This document shows, piece by piece, positions 56,781 to 64,000 of a stretch of DNA of 64,000 bases. Numbering within the stretch: the stretch's first letter is position 1; each line of letters begins with the position of its first letter. Position numbers and translations under genes: made by a program. Under the pieces are notes generated by a model that did not search any database, was not told the DNA's origin, and saw only the letters and a list, made by a program, of their open reading frames with translations. Origin of the DNA: an uncultured Chloroflexia bacterium (GTDB lineage Bacteria; Chloroflexota; Dehalococcoidia; Dehalococcoidales; UBA2162); assembly GCA_963739865.1 (NCBI GenBank), contig CAVUCA010000001.1, forward strand, positions 16,748 to 80,747, written 5' to 3'.

Positions 56781-56941
56781 TCTCACTCTAACTCTCTCCC
56801 GTAAGGGGCGAAAGGACTAACGATTCGGGTTCGCTCCTTCTCCCTTTGATGGGAGTCCCGACTCATCCTATTCGTACGGGATGCCATATAAATGGGTCGA
56901 CTCGCAGTCGAAGGAATCGGCAAAGGCCGGGATGAGGGTGA
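56781..56941. repeat. copy B of conserved hairpin-module element, interrupted by ~62-nt internal insertion
   Basis: 56781-56866 aligns with 62203-62280 (CTCTCCC…GGGGCGA.AG…CCTTCTCCCTTTGATGGGAG) and 56922-56941 (AAGGCCGGGATGAGGGTGA) aligns with 62280-62298; 62 nt between have no counterpart; lies between convergent gene ends. Confidence 0.55.
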
Positions 56942-56945
56942 TTCG

Positions 56946-57425
56946 TTATACCTGGTTGAGTTTTTCGATAACAGCTTGACAGAATGTCTGGCCTTCTTCA
57001 AGCGTGGTTCCACCGGGGCTGCCTTTGATCAGTAAACCGGGTTCGACCACCTTCATTTTGAGCGTGTTTTTCAAGGTATTAGTGATGAACCCGACCCCTT
57101 CCCCACTACCGCTCCACCCGTAAGAACCGAACGCTGCGCCAAGTATTTTCGATAGATCTACCTTTCCTCCCATGTTTGCCCGCCCCATGTCGGTGAGGAA
57201 ATCCTGGACCGGAGTCATGATGCGGCTGTAGTGCGTCGGGGAGCCGATAATGACTGCATCAACGCCGCCCAATACCCTGATCAGGTCGAAGTGGTCTTCA
57301 TTTGCTTTCGAAATACGCTTGAAGACAACGTCGAAGCCGGCAGTTTTTAACCGGGAATCGATGATTTTCGCGAGCGCCTCGGTATTCCCGGTCTGAGTTT
57401 CGTAAACGAGCAATACCTTTTTCAT
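56946..57425 (-). CDS. flavodoxin
   Basis: MKKVLLVYETQTGNTEALAKII (FMN phosphate-binding loop T/SxTGxT), 159 aa; SD GGGGGAGGG. Confidence 0.85.
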   Translation of the reverse strand: MKKVLLVYETQTGNTEALAKIIDSRLKTAGFDVVFKRISKANEDHFDLIRVLGGVDAVIIGSPTHYSRIMTPVQDFLTDMGRANMGGKVDLSKILGAAFGSYGWSGSGEGVGFITNTLKNTLKMKVVEPGLLIKGSPGGTTLEEGQTFCQAVIEKLNQV

Positions 57426-57450
57426 ATATACCCTCCCCCTGAGATATCTT

Positions 57451-57789
57451 TTATAGCACCTGGGTCGCTTCTTTGGGCTTGGGCACTTTCACCACCAGGA
57501 AGCGAAGTACCCGGCTGCCCTGGTTGTACCAGCAGTGGACGATTTTGGCCGGGCTCTTGACCAGGTGGTCGGGGCCGACTTCCTGTTTTTCATCACCGAT
57601 TTCTACGATTCCCGTGCCTTCCAGGACATAGAAAAATACATCCACCGGGGTGATATGCCGTTTCAGTTTTTCCCCCGGCTGCAGGGTAATCAGGTTTACC
57701 ATGGCATTATCGGTATCATACAGTTTGCTGACATGCACTTTATGCGGGTTGTCGATAGCAGGCGCGGTTTTGGCATTCACGATTTCCAT
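57451..57789 (-). CDS. cupin domain protein
   Basis: 112 aa; …PGEKLKRHITPVDVFFYVLEGTGIVEIGDE… two-His cupin motif region. Confidence 0.7.
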   Translation of the reverse strand: MEIVNAKTAPAIDNPHKVHVSKLYDTDNAMVNLITLQPGEKLKRHITPVDVFFYVLEGTGIVEIGDEKQEVGPDHLVKSPAKIVHCWYNQGSRVLRFLVVKVPKPKEATQVL

Positions 57790-57805
57790 TTTTGAACTCC
57801 TTTGA

Positions 57806-58144
57806 TTATTTCTCCCAGGTTTGCATTACTTCGTATTCATTGCGCCACTTGATTTCGAAAGGCAATTTCCCCTGCCACTTTTCGTTCATTTCGGCTAAAG
57901 CATCAGCAACTTCGGAGCTCTTGACGAACCCTGCCATGGCGGCCTGGTCTTTAAATTCAAAAATCGTGAGGTATCCTTTTTGCCCGTTGGTGCTGGTTTG
58001 CACCCGGCAGCGGGTGGCTTTCATTAAGCCGGGGTATTTCATGGCCATGGGGATATGGACGTTAAAATACCAGTCATTGAATTCCGCTTCCTTTTCCGGG
58101 TTGCATTCCTGCGAGATGACGACGATAGCCTTATTTTCCAGCAT
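57806..58144 (-). CDS. hypothetical protein (possible ABM/Dabb-like stress-responsive alpha-beta barrel)
   Basis: 112 aa; weak resemblance only. Confidence 0.45.
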   Translation of the reverse strand: MLENKAIVVISQECNPEKEAEFNDWYFNVHIPMAMKYPGLMKATRCRVQTSTNGQKGYLTIFEFKDQAAMAGFVKSSEVADALAEMNEKWQGKLPFEIKWRNEYEVMQTWEK

Positions 58145-58189
58145 AGCTGCTACTCCTATAATGGATAATGCTAATAAAATACGATGATA

Positions 58190-58234
58190 ACAGACGAAGA
58201 ACCCTGGTATCCGGGTTTGTTGCCCGGATACCAG
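58190..58234 (-). terminator. rho-independent terminator of hcp (CCTGGTATCCGGG-TTTGTTG-CCCGGATACCAGG)
   Basis: Perfect 13-bp inverted repeat 58202-58234, 10 nt after hcp stop, followed on minus strand by TTCTTCGTCTGTT. Confidence 0.55.
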
Positions 58235-58243
58235 GTTGATTAT

Positions 58244-59810
58244 TTACCCGCCGAGGATAGCCTTCATATCTGCTTCCGGTGTAGAAATCGGTTTGATATT
58301 GAATTTCTCCACCAGGACCTTTAGGACGTTGGGCGAGATGAAGGCCGGCAGTGAAGGCCCCAGGTAGATATTCTTGATGCCCAGCGAAAGCAGGGTCAGC
58401 AGGATAGCCACGGCTTTCTGCTCATACCAGGAAAGGACCAGGGTCAGCGGCAGGTCGTTGACGCCGCACTTGAAAGCACCGGCCAGAGCCAGGGCGACCT
58501 GGATGGCCGAGTAAGCATCGTTGCACTGACCCATATCCATGATACGGGGCAGGCCGCCGATCTCACCGATATTCAGGTCGTTAAAGCGGTACTTGCCGCA
58601 GGCCAGGGTCAGTACCACGGTATCGGCCGGGGTTTTCTTGACGAAATCGGTATAGTAATTGCGACCGGGTTTGGCGCCGTCACAGCCGCCCACCAGGAAG
58701 AAGTGCTTGATGGCGCCGGATTTCACGGCGTCAATGACTTTATCGGCCACGCCCATGACGGTATTGCGGGCGAAGCCGGTGGTAACCTCGGTGCCGCCGT
58801 TGATGCCGGTGAATTGCTTGTCTTCCGGCCAGCCCCCAGCTCCAGGGCTTTCTTGATGACCGGGGAGAAGTCCTTCTTCCCGTTCTTTTCCGGGATATGC
58901 TGTACACCGGGATAGCCCACCACTGAGGTGGTAAAGATGCTATCGATATAGGATTTCCCGCGGCATCATGATGCAGTTGGTGGTAAAGAGGATCGGAGCA
59001 GGCAGATTGGCAGAATTCCTTCTGCTGGTTCTGCCAGGCGGTGCCGAAGTTGCCCTTGAGGTGGGGGTATTTCTTCAGTTCGGGATAGGCGTGGGCGGGC
59101 AGCATTTCGCCGTGGGTATAGATATTGATGCCTTTCCCTTTGCTCTGTTCCAGCAGCTCTTTCAGGTCGAGTAAATCATGGCCGGTGACGACGATGAAAG
59201 GCCCTTTTTCGACCTTCAAAGTGACTTTGGTAGGGACGGGATGCCCATAGGTGGAGGTATTGGCTTCATCCAGCAGGGCCATGCATTTCAGGTTGACCTG
59301 GCCGAATTCCATGATCAGGGACAACCACTCATCCACACTGTGATTCTCACCCACCGCCAGCAACCCCTTGTAGAACCAGCCCGAGACCTCAGGATCGTCT
59401 TTACCGAGGACATGGGCGTGCAAGGCATATGCCGCCATGCCTTTCAGGCCGAAGATGAGCGCCGAACGGAGCGAGGTCGTATCCGTCTCGCCGTGATACA
59501 GGGCTTCGGTGTCATAGTCGGCGCTGCCGCCGAGTTTCGCCTTCTCTTTGGCTACGGCCTCGCGGTATTCATCGATGCGGGCGGGGTCGAAGTCCACATT
59601 CGTCAGGGTGGCGAAGAGGGCCTCCATCACCAGGACATCGACTGCTTTCCCGGGTGATCTACCTTTGGCAGCCCGGGCCAGGCCGATCAGGGCCGCTACC
59701 AGTTGGTCTTGTTTATGGGCGACTTCCGGTTTCTTACTGCAGACACCGACCTTGGTACAACCGGTGCCCCCGGCAGTTTGTTCGCATTGAAAACAGAACA
59801 TTTCAGCCAT
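58244..59810 (-). CDS. hcp: hybrid-cluster protein / hydroxylamine reductase Hcp; frame interrupted twice (~58985 and ~58840; ORFs 58740-59810, 58723-58923, 58244-58756)
   Basis: [29 protein letters not shown] (N-terminal cubane Cys cluster), …[14 protein letters not shown] | …[30 protein letters not shown] | …[35 protein letters not shown]…; second shift lies in a C5 run (GGCCAGCCCCCAGC). Confidence 0.8.
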
Positions 59811-59882
59811 TGTTATCCCTCCATATTTTCGCGGTTACTTTGTTATTTGCTACTAATATAATAGAATGACTTAGAGAAAGCG

Positions 59883-59896
59883 GTAACGTACGTTAC
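59883..59896. promoter_or_regulatory. perfect 14-bp palindrome GTAACGTACGTTAC in hcp–hcpR divergent intergenic region (candidate Crp/Fnr-type HcpR operator)
   Basis: GTAAC-N4-GTTAC dyad, 21 nt upstream of hcpR ATG and ~75 nt upstream of hcp ATG. Confidence 0.5.
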
Positions 59897-59917
59897 TAAA
59901 GATCCGGAGGATGAAAA

Positions 59918-60610
59918 ATGTACCGGGAATGGCTGAAAGCACTGCGCCAGGCACCCCTGTTCCGAGGAATCGAAGATGAAGCTCTGAATGCCATGCTGGA
60001 CTGTATGAAGCCCCGGGTATATCAGTATAAACAAAGAGAAATCGTTGCCTTTCACGGCCAGCCGTTCCAGGGCATCGGCATTATCGCCAGCGGGAGAGTA
60101 TCCCTGAATAAAGAAACGGTGTCCGGCAACCGTATCATCCTGAATATGCTGGATGCCGGCGACATTTTCGGCGAGATGGTGGCATTTTCCGATACCAAAG
60201 CCTGGCCGGTGACGGTTATTTCGCAGGATGATTCCTGTTTACTATTCTTACCTCCGGAAAAGGTCCTGGGGAATTGTGCCAATATCTGTGCTTCACACAG
60301 TACGCTCATTATGAATACCCTGAAGATACTTTCCAACCGTGCCTTGATGTTAAATCAGCGGATCGAACATTTGTCGGCGCGCAGCATCCGGGGTAAAGTC
60401 AGCCGCTACCTGGTGGACTTGTATACCCAGGCCGGCGGTAATACGTTGACGGTACCTATGAAAAGGCATGAACTGGCCGATTACCTGAATATCCCCCGGC
60501 CGTCGTTATCCAGGGAGATGAGCGGCCTGCGTGACGAGGGTGTGATCGATTTTAGCGGTTCTGAGATCATAGTGAAAAAGCTGCCGGTGCTGGAATCATA
60601 CCTCGAATAA
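59918..60610 (+). CDS. Crp/Fnr family transcriptional regulator (HcpR-like, divergent from hcp)
   Basis: cNMP-binding-like beta-roll (…LFRGIEDEALNAMLDCMKPRVYQYKQ…GDIFGEMV…) and C-terminal HTH …ELADYLNIPRPSLSREMSGLRDEGVI; SD GGAGG. Confidence 0.85.
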   Translation: MYREWLKALRQAPLFRGIEDEALNAMLDCMKPRVYQYKQREIVAFHGQPFQGIGIIASGRVSLNKETVSGNRIILNMLDAGDIFGEMVAFSDTKAWPVTVISQDDSCLLFLPPEKVLGNCANICASHSTLIMNTLKILSNRALMLNQRIEHLSARSIRGKVSRYLVDLYTQAGGNTLTVPMKRHELADYLNIPRPSLSREMSGLRDEGVIDFSGSEIIVKKLPVLESYLE

Positions 60611-60613
60611 AAC

Positions 60614-61999
60614 CTAAAGGCGTTTTTTCATCCAGCGGCCGGTGAAGAAGTAGGCCGTATATGCGGCCGTACTGATCAAAGCACTGATGATCATCGCCCA
60701 GCGGATGCCGTAGATCTCCAGCCCGGTGTGTTGTGACAACCAGAAAGCCAGGGGAAGCTGCACGGCCCACATAGTGACGATGCTGACGATCATATTCGGC
60801 CAGGTATCGCCGGCCCCGGCGATGCAGTTTTGCAGTATCATGGCGAAACCGGAGATCAGGTAACCGGCGGCGGCGATGCGCAGGAAGGCAGCCCCCAGGG
60901 ATATCAGGCCGGCCTCGCTGGAAAAGATGCCGATGATACTTTCCGCCCACAGCAGGATCACGGCGGCACAGACGGCCATGAAGATTTCTACTAAGGCGAC
61001 GGCCAGCCAGGCGCTTTTCTTCGCCCGGGCAGGTTGTCCGGCCCCGAGGTTCTGTCCGATGAGGACGCCGGCCCCGGTACCAAGGCCCATACCGGGGACG
61101 AAGAGGAACATTTCCACCCGGCCGGCCAGGCTGTGCGCAGCCAGGGCCAGGGTCCCGAAGGGGATGATCAGCCGCATCAGGAGCATGCTGCCGAAAGCCC
61201 CCTGGATATTCATGGCCACGGCGGGGAGGCCGATCTTGAAGATGCGCCAGATGATGTTCCAGTTGATACGCAAGTCCTGCGGGATAAGGCGGATGCGGGT
61301 GCGGCCACGGAACATGACCCAGATGATGGCGATAGCACCCAGTACCTGGGCCAGCACATTACTCAAGGCAGCCCCGCCGACCCCCATGCGGGGGAATACC
61401 CAGAGGCCGAGGACGAGGAAGGGGCAAAGTGTCACATGAATAACCCGAATGCCCGCTTCGATGATCATGGGGGTGACAGTATCACCGGCAGCCTGAACGG
61501 CGTACAGACTCATCATCAGCAGTTCCATGCCTACCCAGCCGGTCAACATCACCCGCAGATAAGCCGTCCCCTGGGCGACCACCGCCGGTTCAGTACCGAA
61601 TAGGCCTAATACTTTTTCCGCCAGCAGCAGGCCGATAACCGTGATGGCGGTGCCGAAACATGCCCCGAGTATGAGGGCCTGTCCGGCCACACGGGCAGCC
61701 TCCTGCGGGTTGCCGGCGCCGATATAACGGGCGATCATCGCCCGCACCCCGGTGAGGATACCCATATCCAGCGAGAAGACCATCATGACGATGATGTTGG
61801 CAAGGCCGACACCGGCGATAGCGTCCGAACCCAGCTTCCCGATCCAGATCATATCGACGATCTGGCCGGCCGTCCACAGCCCTTCCATGAGCACCATTGG
61901 CCACGAAAGTAAAAGTAAGTTACTGATGACGGAACCTTTGGTCCAGTCTTTCTGGCGAAGACTGGTTTTGGGGGCTGGGGCGGTGGTTTTCGACGCCAT
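60614..61999 (-). CDS. MATE family efflux transporter
   Basis: 461 aa, 12 predicted TM helices, N-terminal MATE signature region (…ISNLLLLSWPMVLMEGLWTAGQIVDMIWIGKLGSDAIAGV…). Confidence 0.85.
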   Translation of the reverse strand: MASKTTAPAPKTSLRQKDWTKGSVISNLLLLSWPMVLMEGLWTAGQIVDMIWIGKLGSDAIAGVGLANIIVMMVFSLDMGILTGVRAMIARYIGAGNPQEAARVAGQALILGACFGTAITVIGLLLAEKVLGLFGTEPAVVAQGTAYLRVMLTGWVGMELLMMSLYAVQAAGDTVTPMIIEAGIRVIHVTLCPFLVLGLWVFPRMGVGGAALSNVLAQVLGAIAIIWVMFRGRTRIRLIPQDLRINWNIIWRIFKIGLPAVAMNIQGAFGSMLLMRLIIPFGTLALAAHSLAGRVEMFLFVPGMGLGTGAGVLIGQNLGAGQPARAKKSAWLAVALVEIFMAVCAAVILLWAESIIGIFSSEAGLISLGAAFLRIAAAGYLISGFAMILQNCIAGAGDTWPNMIVSIVTMWAVQLPLAFWLSQHTGLEIYGIRWAMIISALISTAAYTAYFFTGRWMKKRL

Positions 62000-62183
62000 G
62001 ATTTGCAGTATCCTTTTTTTCAGGTGCGTTAATGGTAGCAGATAGGAGGAAAAAGATAAATGGGAGATAAAAACTCAAAGAAATAAGCGCAAAATTCAAA
62101 GCAAGTACCAGATACCAGGGGAAAAATGATCCTCTGTTATGACTGGCGGGACCCCGGTCAGCCCTTGAAATAACAATCTCAGG

Positions 62184-62405
62184 CACGATTTGAATCTGAT
62201 TCCCCTCTCTCTGACTCTCTCCCACAGAGGGGCGAGAGAACTAGCGTTCAAGGTTAGCCCCTTCTCCTTTTAATGGGAGAAGGCCGGGATGAGGGTGACT
62301 AATAATCCACAATTACTACCTCTCTCCCGCACTAGAGCTAGAAGACCATCAATCTCGTGGTTAGCCCCTTCTCCCTTTGATGGGAGAAGGTTGGGATGAG
62401 GGTGA
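62184..62405. repeat. conserved leader element copy C: core (62184-62246) plus two tandem hairpin modules TTAGCCCCTTCTCC(C)TTT(G/T)A(A)TGGGAGAAGG..GGGATGAGGGTGA (62254-62298, 62361-62405)
   Basis: Direct sequence comparison with 30662-30733 and 56781-56941; modules contain perfect 9-bp inverted repeat CCTTCTCCC/GGGAGAAGG. Confidence 0.6.
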
Positions 62406-62451
62406 AAACCTGGAATTAATACTTATTATTTTATAAACTAACTCGGGTTCT

Positions 62452-62486
62452 TATATGATAGCGCCGGTGTTCTAAGGATTTGTCAA
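62452..62486 (-). promoter_or_regulatory. second copy of promoter/operator-like motif (minus strand TTGACA-AATCCTTAGAACACCGG-CGCTATCAT), upstream of MATE gene; overlaps last codons of histidine-kinase gene
   Basis: 24/26 identity with 30871-30846 block; -10 candidates CGCTAT (17-nt spacer) or TATCAT (19 nt). Confidence 0.35.
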
Positions 62487-63884
62487 GACTGACTGACGGC
62501 CTTACCCGGCAGATAAACCGTGAACGTGCTGCCCTTGCCGGACTTACTTTTCACCTCGATGCGGCCGCCGTGGAGTTCGGCGATGCGCTTGCAGATGGCC
62601 AGCCCCAGCCCCGCCCCCCCGTCTTTCTCCATTCCCTCCTGCTCCACCCGGTAGAACCGTTCGAAGATATGGGGCGAGGTGCTTTGCCGGGATGCCGATG
62701 CCGGTATCGCTGACGGCTGCCAGGAAAAAGCCGTCCTCCTGCGATAACGACAGCGTGACCGTGCCCCCGGTGGGGGTATAACGCACGGCGTTGCCGGCCA
62801 AGTTGAGGAAGCACTCCCGCAGGCGGGTCTGGTCGCCCCGGATACGGAAATTCCCGGCCATTTCCGGGATATCGGTGTGGAAGATGATGCCCTTTTCGGC
62901 GCACAGCCCGGCAACCCCCGCCGCGATATCTTCCAACAATTCCTTAAGGTCGAATGCTTCTTTGATAATACCGCTGCCGTTTTCCGAGCGGGCCAGGAAT
63001 AAGAGCCGGTTGGCCATCGCCGAAACATGGGTGATTTCACGGGATACCGTTTCCAGTGCTTTCTGGTACTCCTTTCCGCTTCTACCTTTAGTTAAAGCCA
63101 GGCTGGCTTCCGCCTGGGCGATCGCCAGTGGTGTCCGCAGTTCATGAGAAATGTCGGCCGTGATCTGGCGTTCGGCATCAAAGGCATTCTCCACCCGGTC
63201 GAACATCTGGTTCATAGAAGTTGCTAATGCCCCTAATTCATCTTGACGGCCCACGTCGAACCGTCCTTTCAAGTCTTTCACCGTCATTTCCCGGGCGGCC
63301 CGGGTGATCGCCTGCAGCGGCTGCAGCATGCGCCAAACCAGGAAGAAGCCCAATATGCCGGCTGCCAGTAAGGTAATGCCGGCAGCGATGATAGTCGTAC
63401 GGCGGAAGATACCGGTAAGCGATGCCTGGCCGGTATCGGATTGAGTAGCGACTACCAGTTTCCGGTCGGCGGGGTCGTTTTTCGAGATGAAAAGGTAAAG
63501 CCACATCCCCTCCCCGTCCGTATTACCGGGGCCGGTGAGGAGATTCCGGTCAACCAGGATCGGCTTCCCGCCGAAAACTTCTATCTTCACCGTAAGGTTG
63601 TCCGCTGCCGACTCCAGTAAACGGAAAACCGGGATCTGCATCCCGGTGTATCCGGTATCTACTCCCATCTGGCCGGTAATGCTGGTAAAACCGTTGATGC
63701 GGCCGCTGCCATCCGCTAAAAAGGCGATATCGGCGATGCGCATATCATACGGTGTGACGATGTTCCGGGATAAACCTTCGACTAAAAAGAAGTAGCTGGA
63801 GATACCGAATAAGGCTACCAGCACCGTCACGATGAAAAGGTACCAGGCGGTAAGCCGGAATTTGATATTGTTAAAAATTTTCAT
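62483..63884 (-). CDS. sensor histidine kinase (2 TM, periplasmic domain, HAMP, HisKA, HATPase_c); frame interrupted once at ~62700
   Basis: ATG 63884 ([23 protein letters not shown]…) with SD AGGAAAG; H-box [13 protein letters not shown]; N-box [11 protein letters not shown]; G-boxes …[13 protein letters not shown]|[39 protein letters not shown] continuous if one C is removed from CTCGCCCCAT run; ORFs 62544-63929 + 62483-63040. Confidence 0.75.
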
Positions 63885-63921
63885 CTTTCCTGAGGTTGTC
63901 AGAAAACTAAAATTAACCCCC

Positions 63922-63992
63922 ATTCCCACGGAGGTGGGAATCCAGAGTCAGGCACAAAATCAAGCATCTGGACTCCCGATCGAGTCGGGAGT
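63922..63992. repeat. pair of short GC-stem hairpins (ATTCCCAC-GGAG-GTGGGAAT and ACTCCCGA-TCGAG-TCGGGAGT) plus third GTGGGAAT at window end
   Basis: Perfect 8-bp inverted repeats at 63922-63941 and 63972-63992; motif GTGGGAAT recurs 63993-64000. Confidence 0.4.
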
Positions 63993-64000
63993 GGGAATAC

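Noticed and set aside
62254-62405. Possible CRISPR array (repeated GGGATGAGGGTGA-containing 45-mers)
   Set aside because: Only two to three copies, irregular spacing (about 100 nt and a distant partial copy), internally palindromic, no cas genes; better explained as a hairpin repeat/leader element.

Overview
This 64-kb window looks like chromosomal DNA from an anaerobic bacterium of roughly 55-60% GC (estimated by eye). It is dense with redox and catabolic genes and carries no rRNA, CRISPR array, transposase or prophage. One tRNA is present, tRNA-Glu(UUC).

Main gene content, start to end:
- gyrA 3' end.
- A DUF362 protein and a Zn-alcohol dehydrogenase, divergently arranged.
- A minus-strand three-gene molybdenum-hydroxylase operon (2Fe-2S, Mo-pterin and FAD subunits). 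The FAD subunit carries a large inserted GltD-like Fe-S/FAD/NAD(P)H domain.
- htrA, an MBL hydrolase and an AraC/GyrI regulator.
- A B12-binding-like radical SAM protein paired with an MBL-fold protein.
- A Pat-like GNAT plus ADP-forming acyl-CoA synthetase fusion.
- HIT, VOC, SDR and DedA genes.
- A NifU-like gene with an in-frame TGA exactly at the second Cys of its CxxC motif, which makes it a candidate selenoprotein, with a co-operonic 117-aa partner.
- UspA, a lipoprotein, glutaminyl cyclase and rlmN.
- An orphan response regulator downstream of a ~1750-aa secreted surface protein with beta-helix, Fn3, IPT and CARDB domains and a TM anchor.
- An SPFH/flotillin-like protein and a sensor kinase.
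- An acetophenone/acetone-carboxylase-like cluster (HyuA-like, gamma-like, HyuA-like, HyuB-like) preceded by a URO-D-family protein.
- An SMP-30 protein, a PrpD/MmgE protein, three tandem tungsten-type aldehyde:ferredoxin oxidoreductases and a MoaD.
- A toxin-antitoxin pair whose toxin carries two nonsense substitutions.
- A second URO-D-family protein, flavodoxin, and hcp (hybrid-cluster protein) divergent from a Crp/Fnr (HcpR-like) regulator, with a perfect 14-bp palindrome between them.
- A MATE transporter and a second histidine kinase.

Two cross-cutting observations stand out. At least ten conserved genes are split by single-base indels, several in homopolymer runs, which points to assembly error rather than decay; I call these as single genes with the interruptions flagged. 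A family of conserved intergenic elements (a sigma-70-like promoter/operator motif plus GC-stem hairpin modules) sits in the ~450-500 nt leaders of the giant surface-protein gene and the MATE gene, with a third copy carrying an internal insertion.
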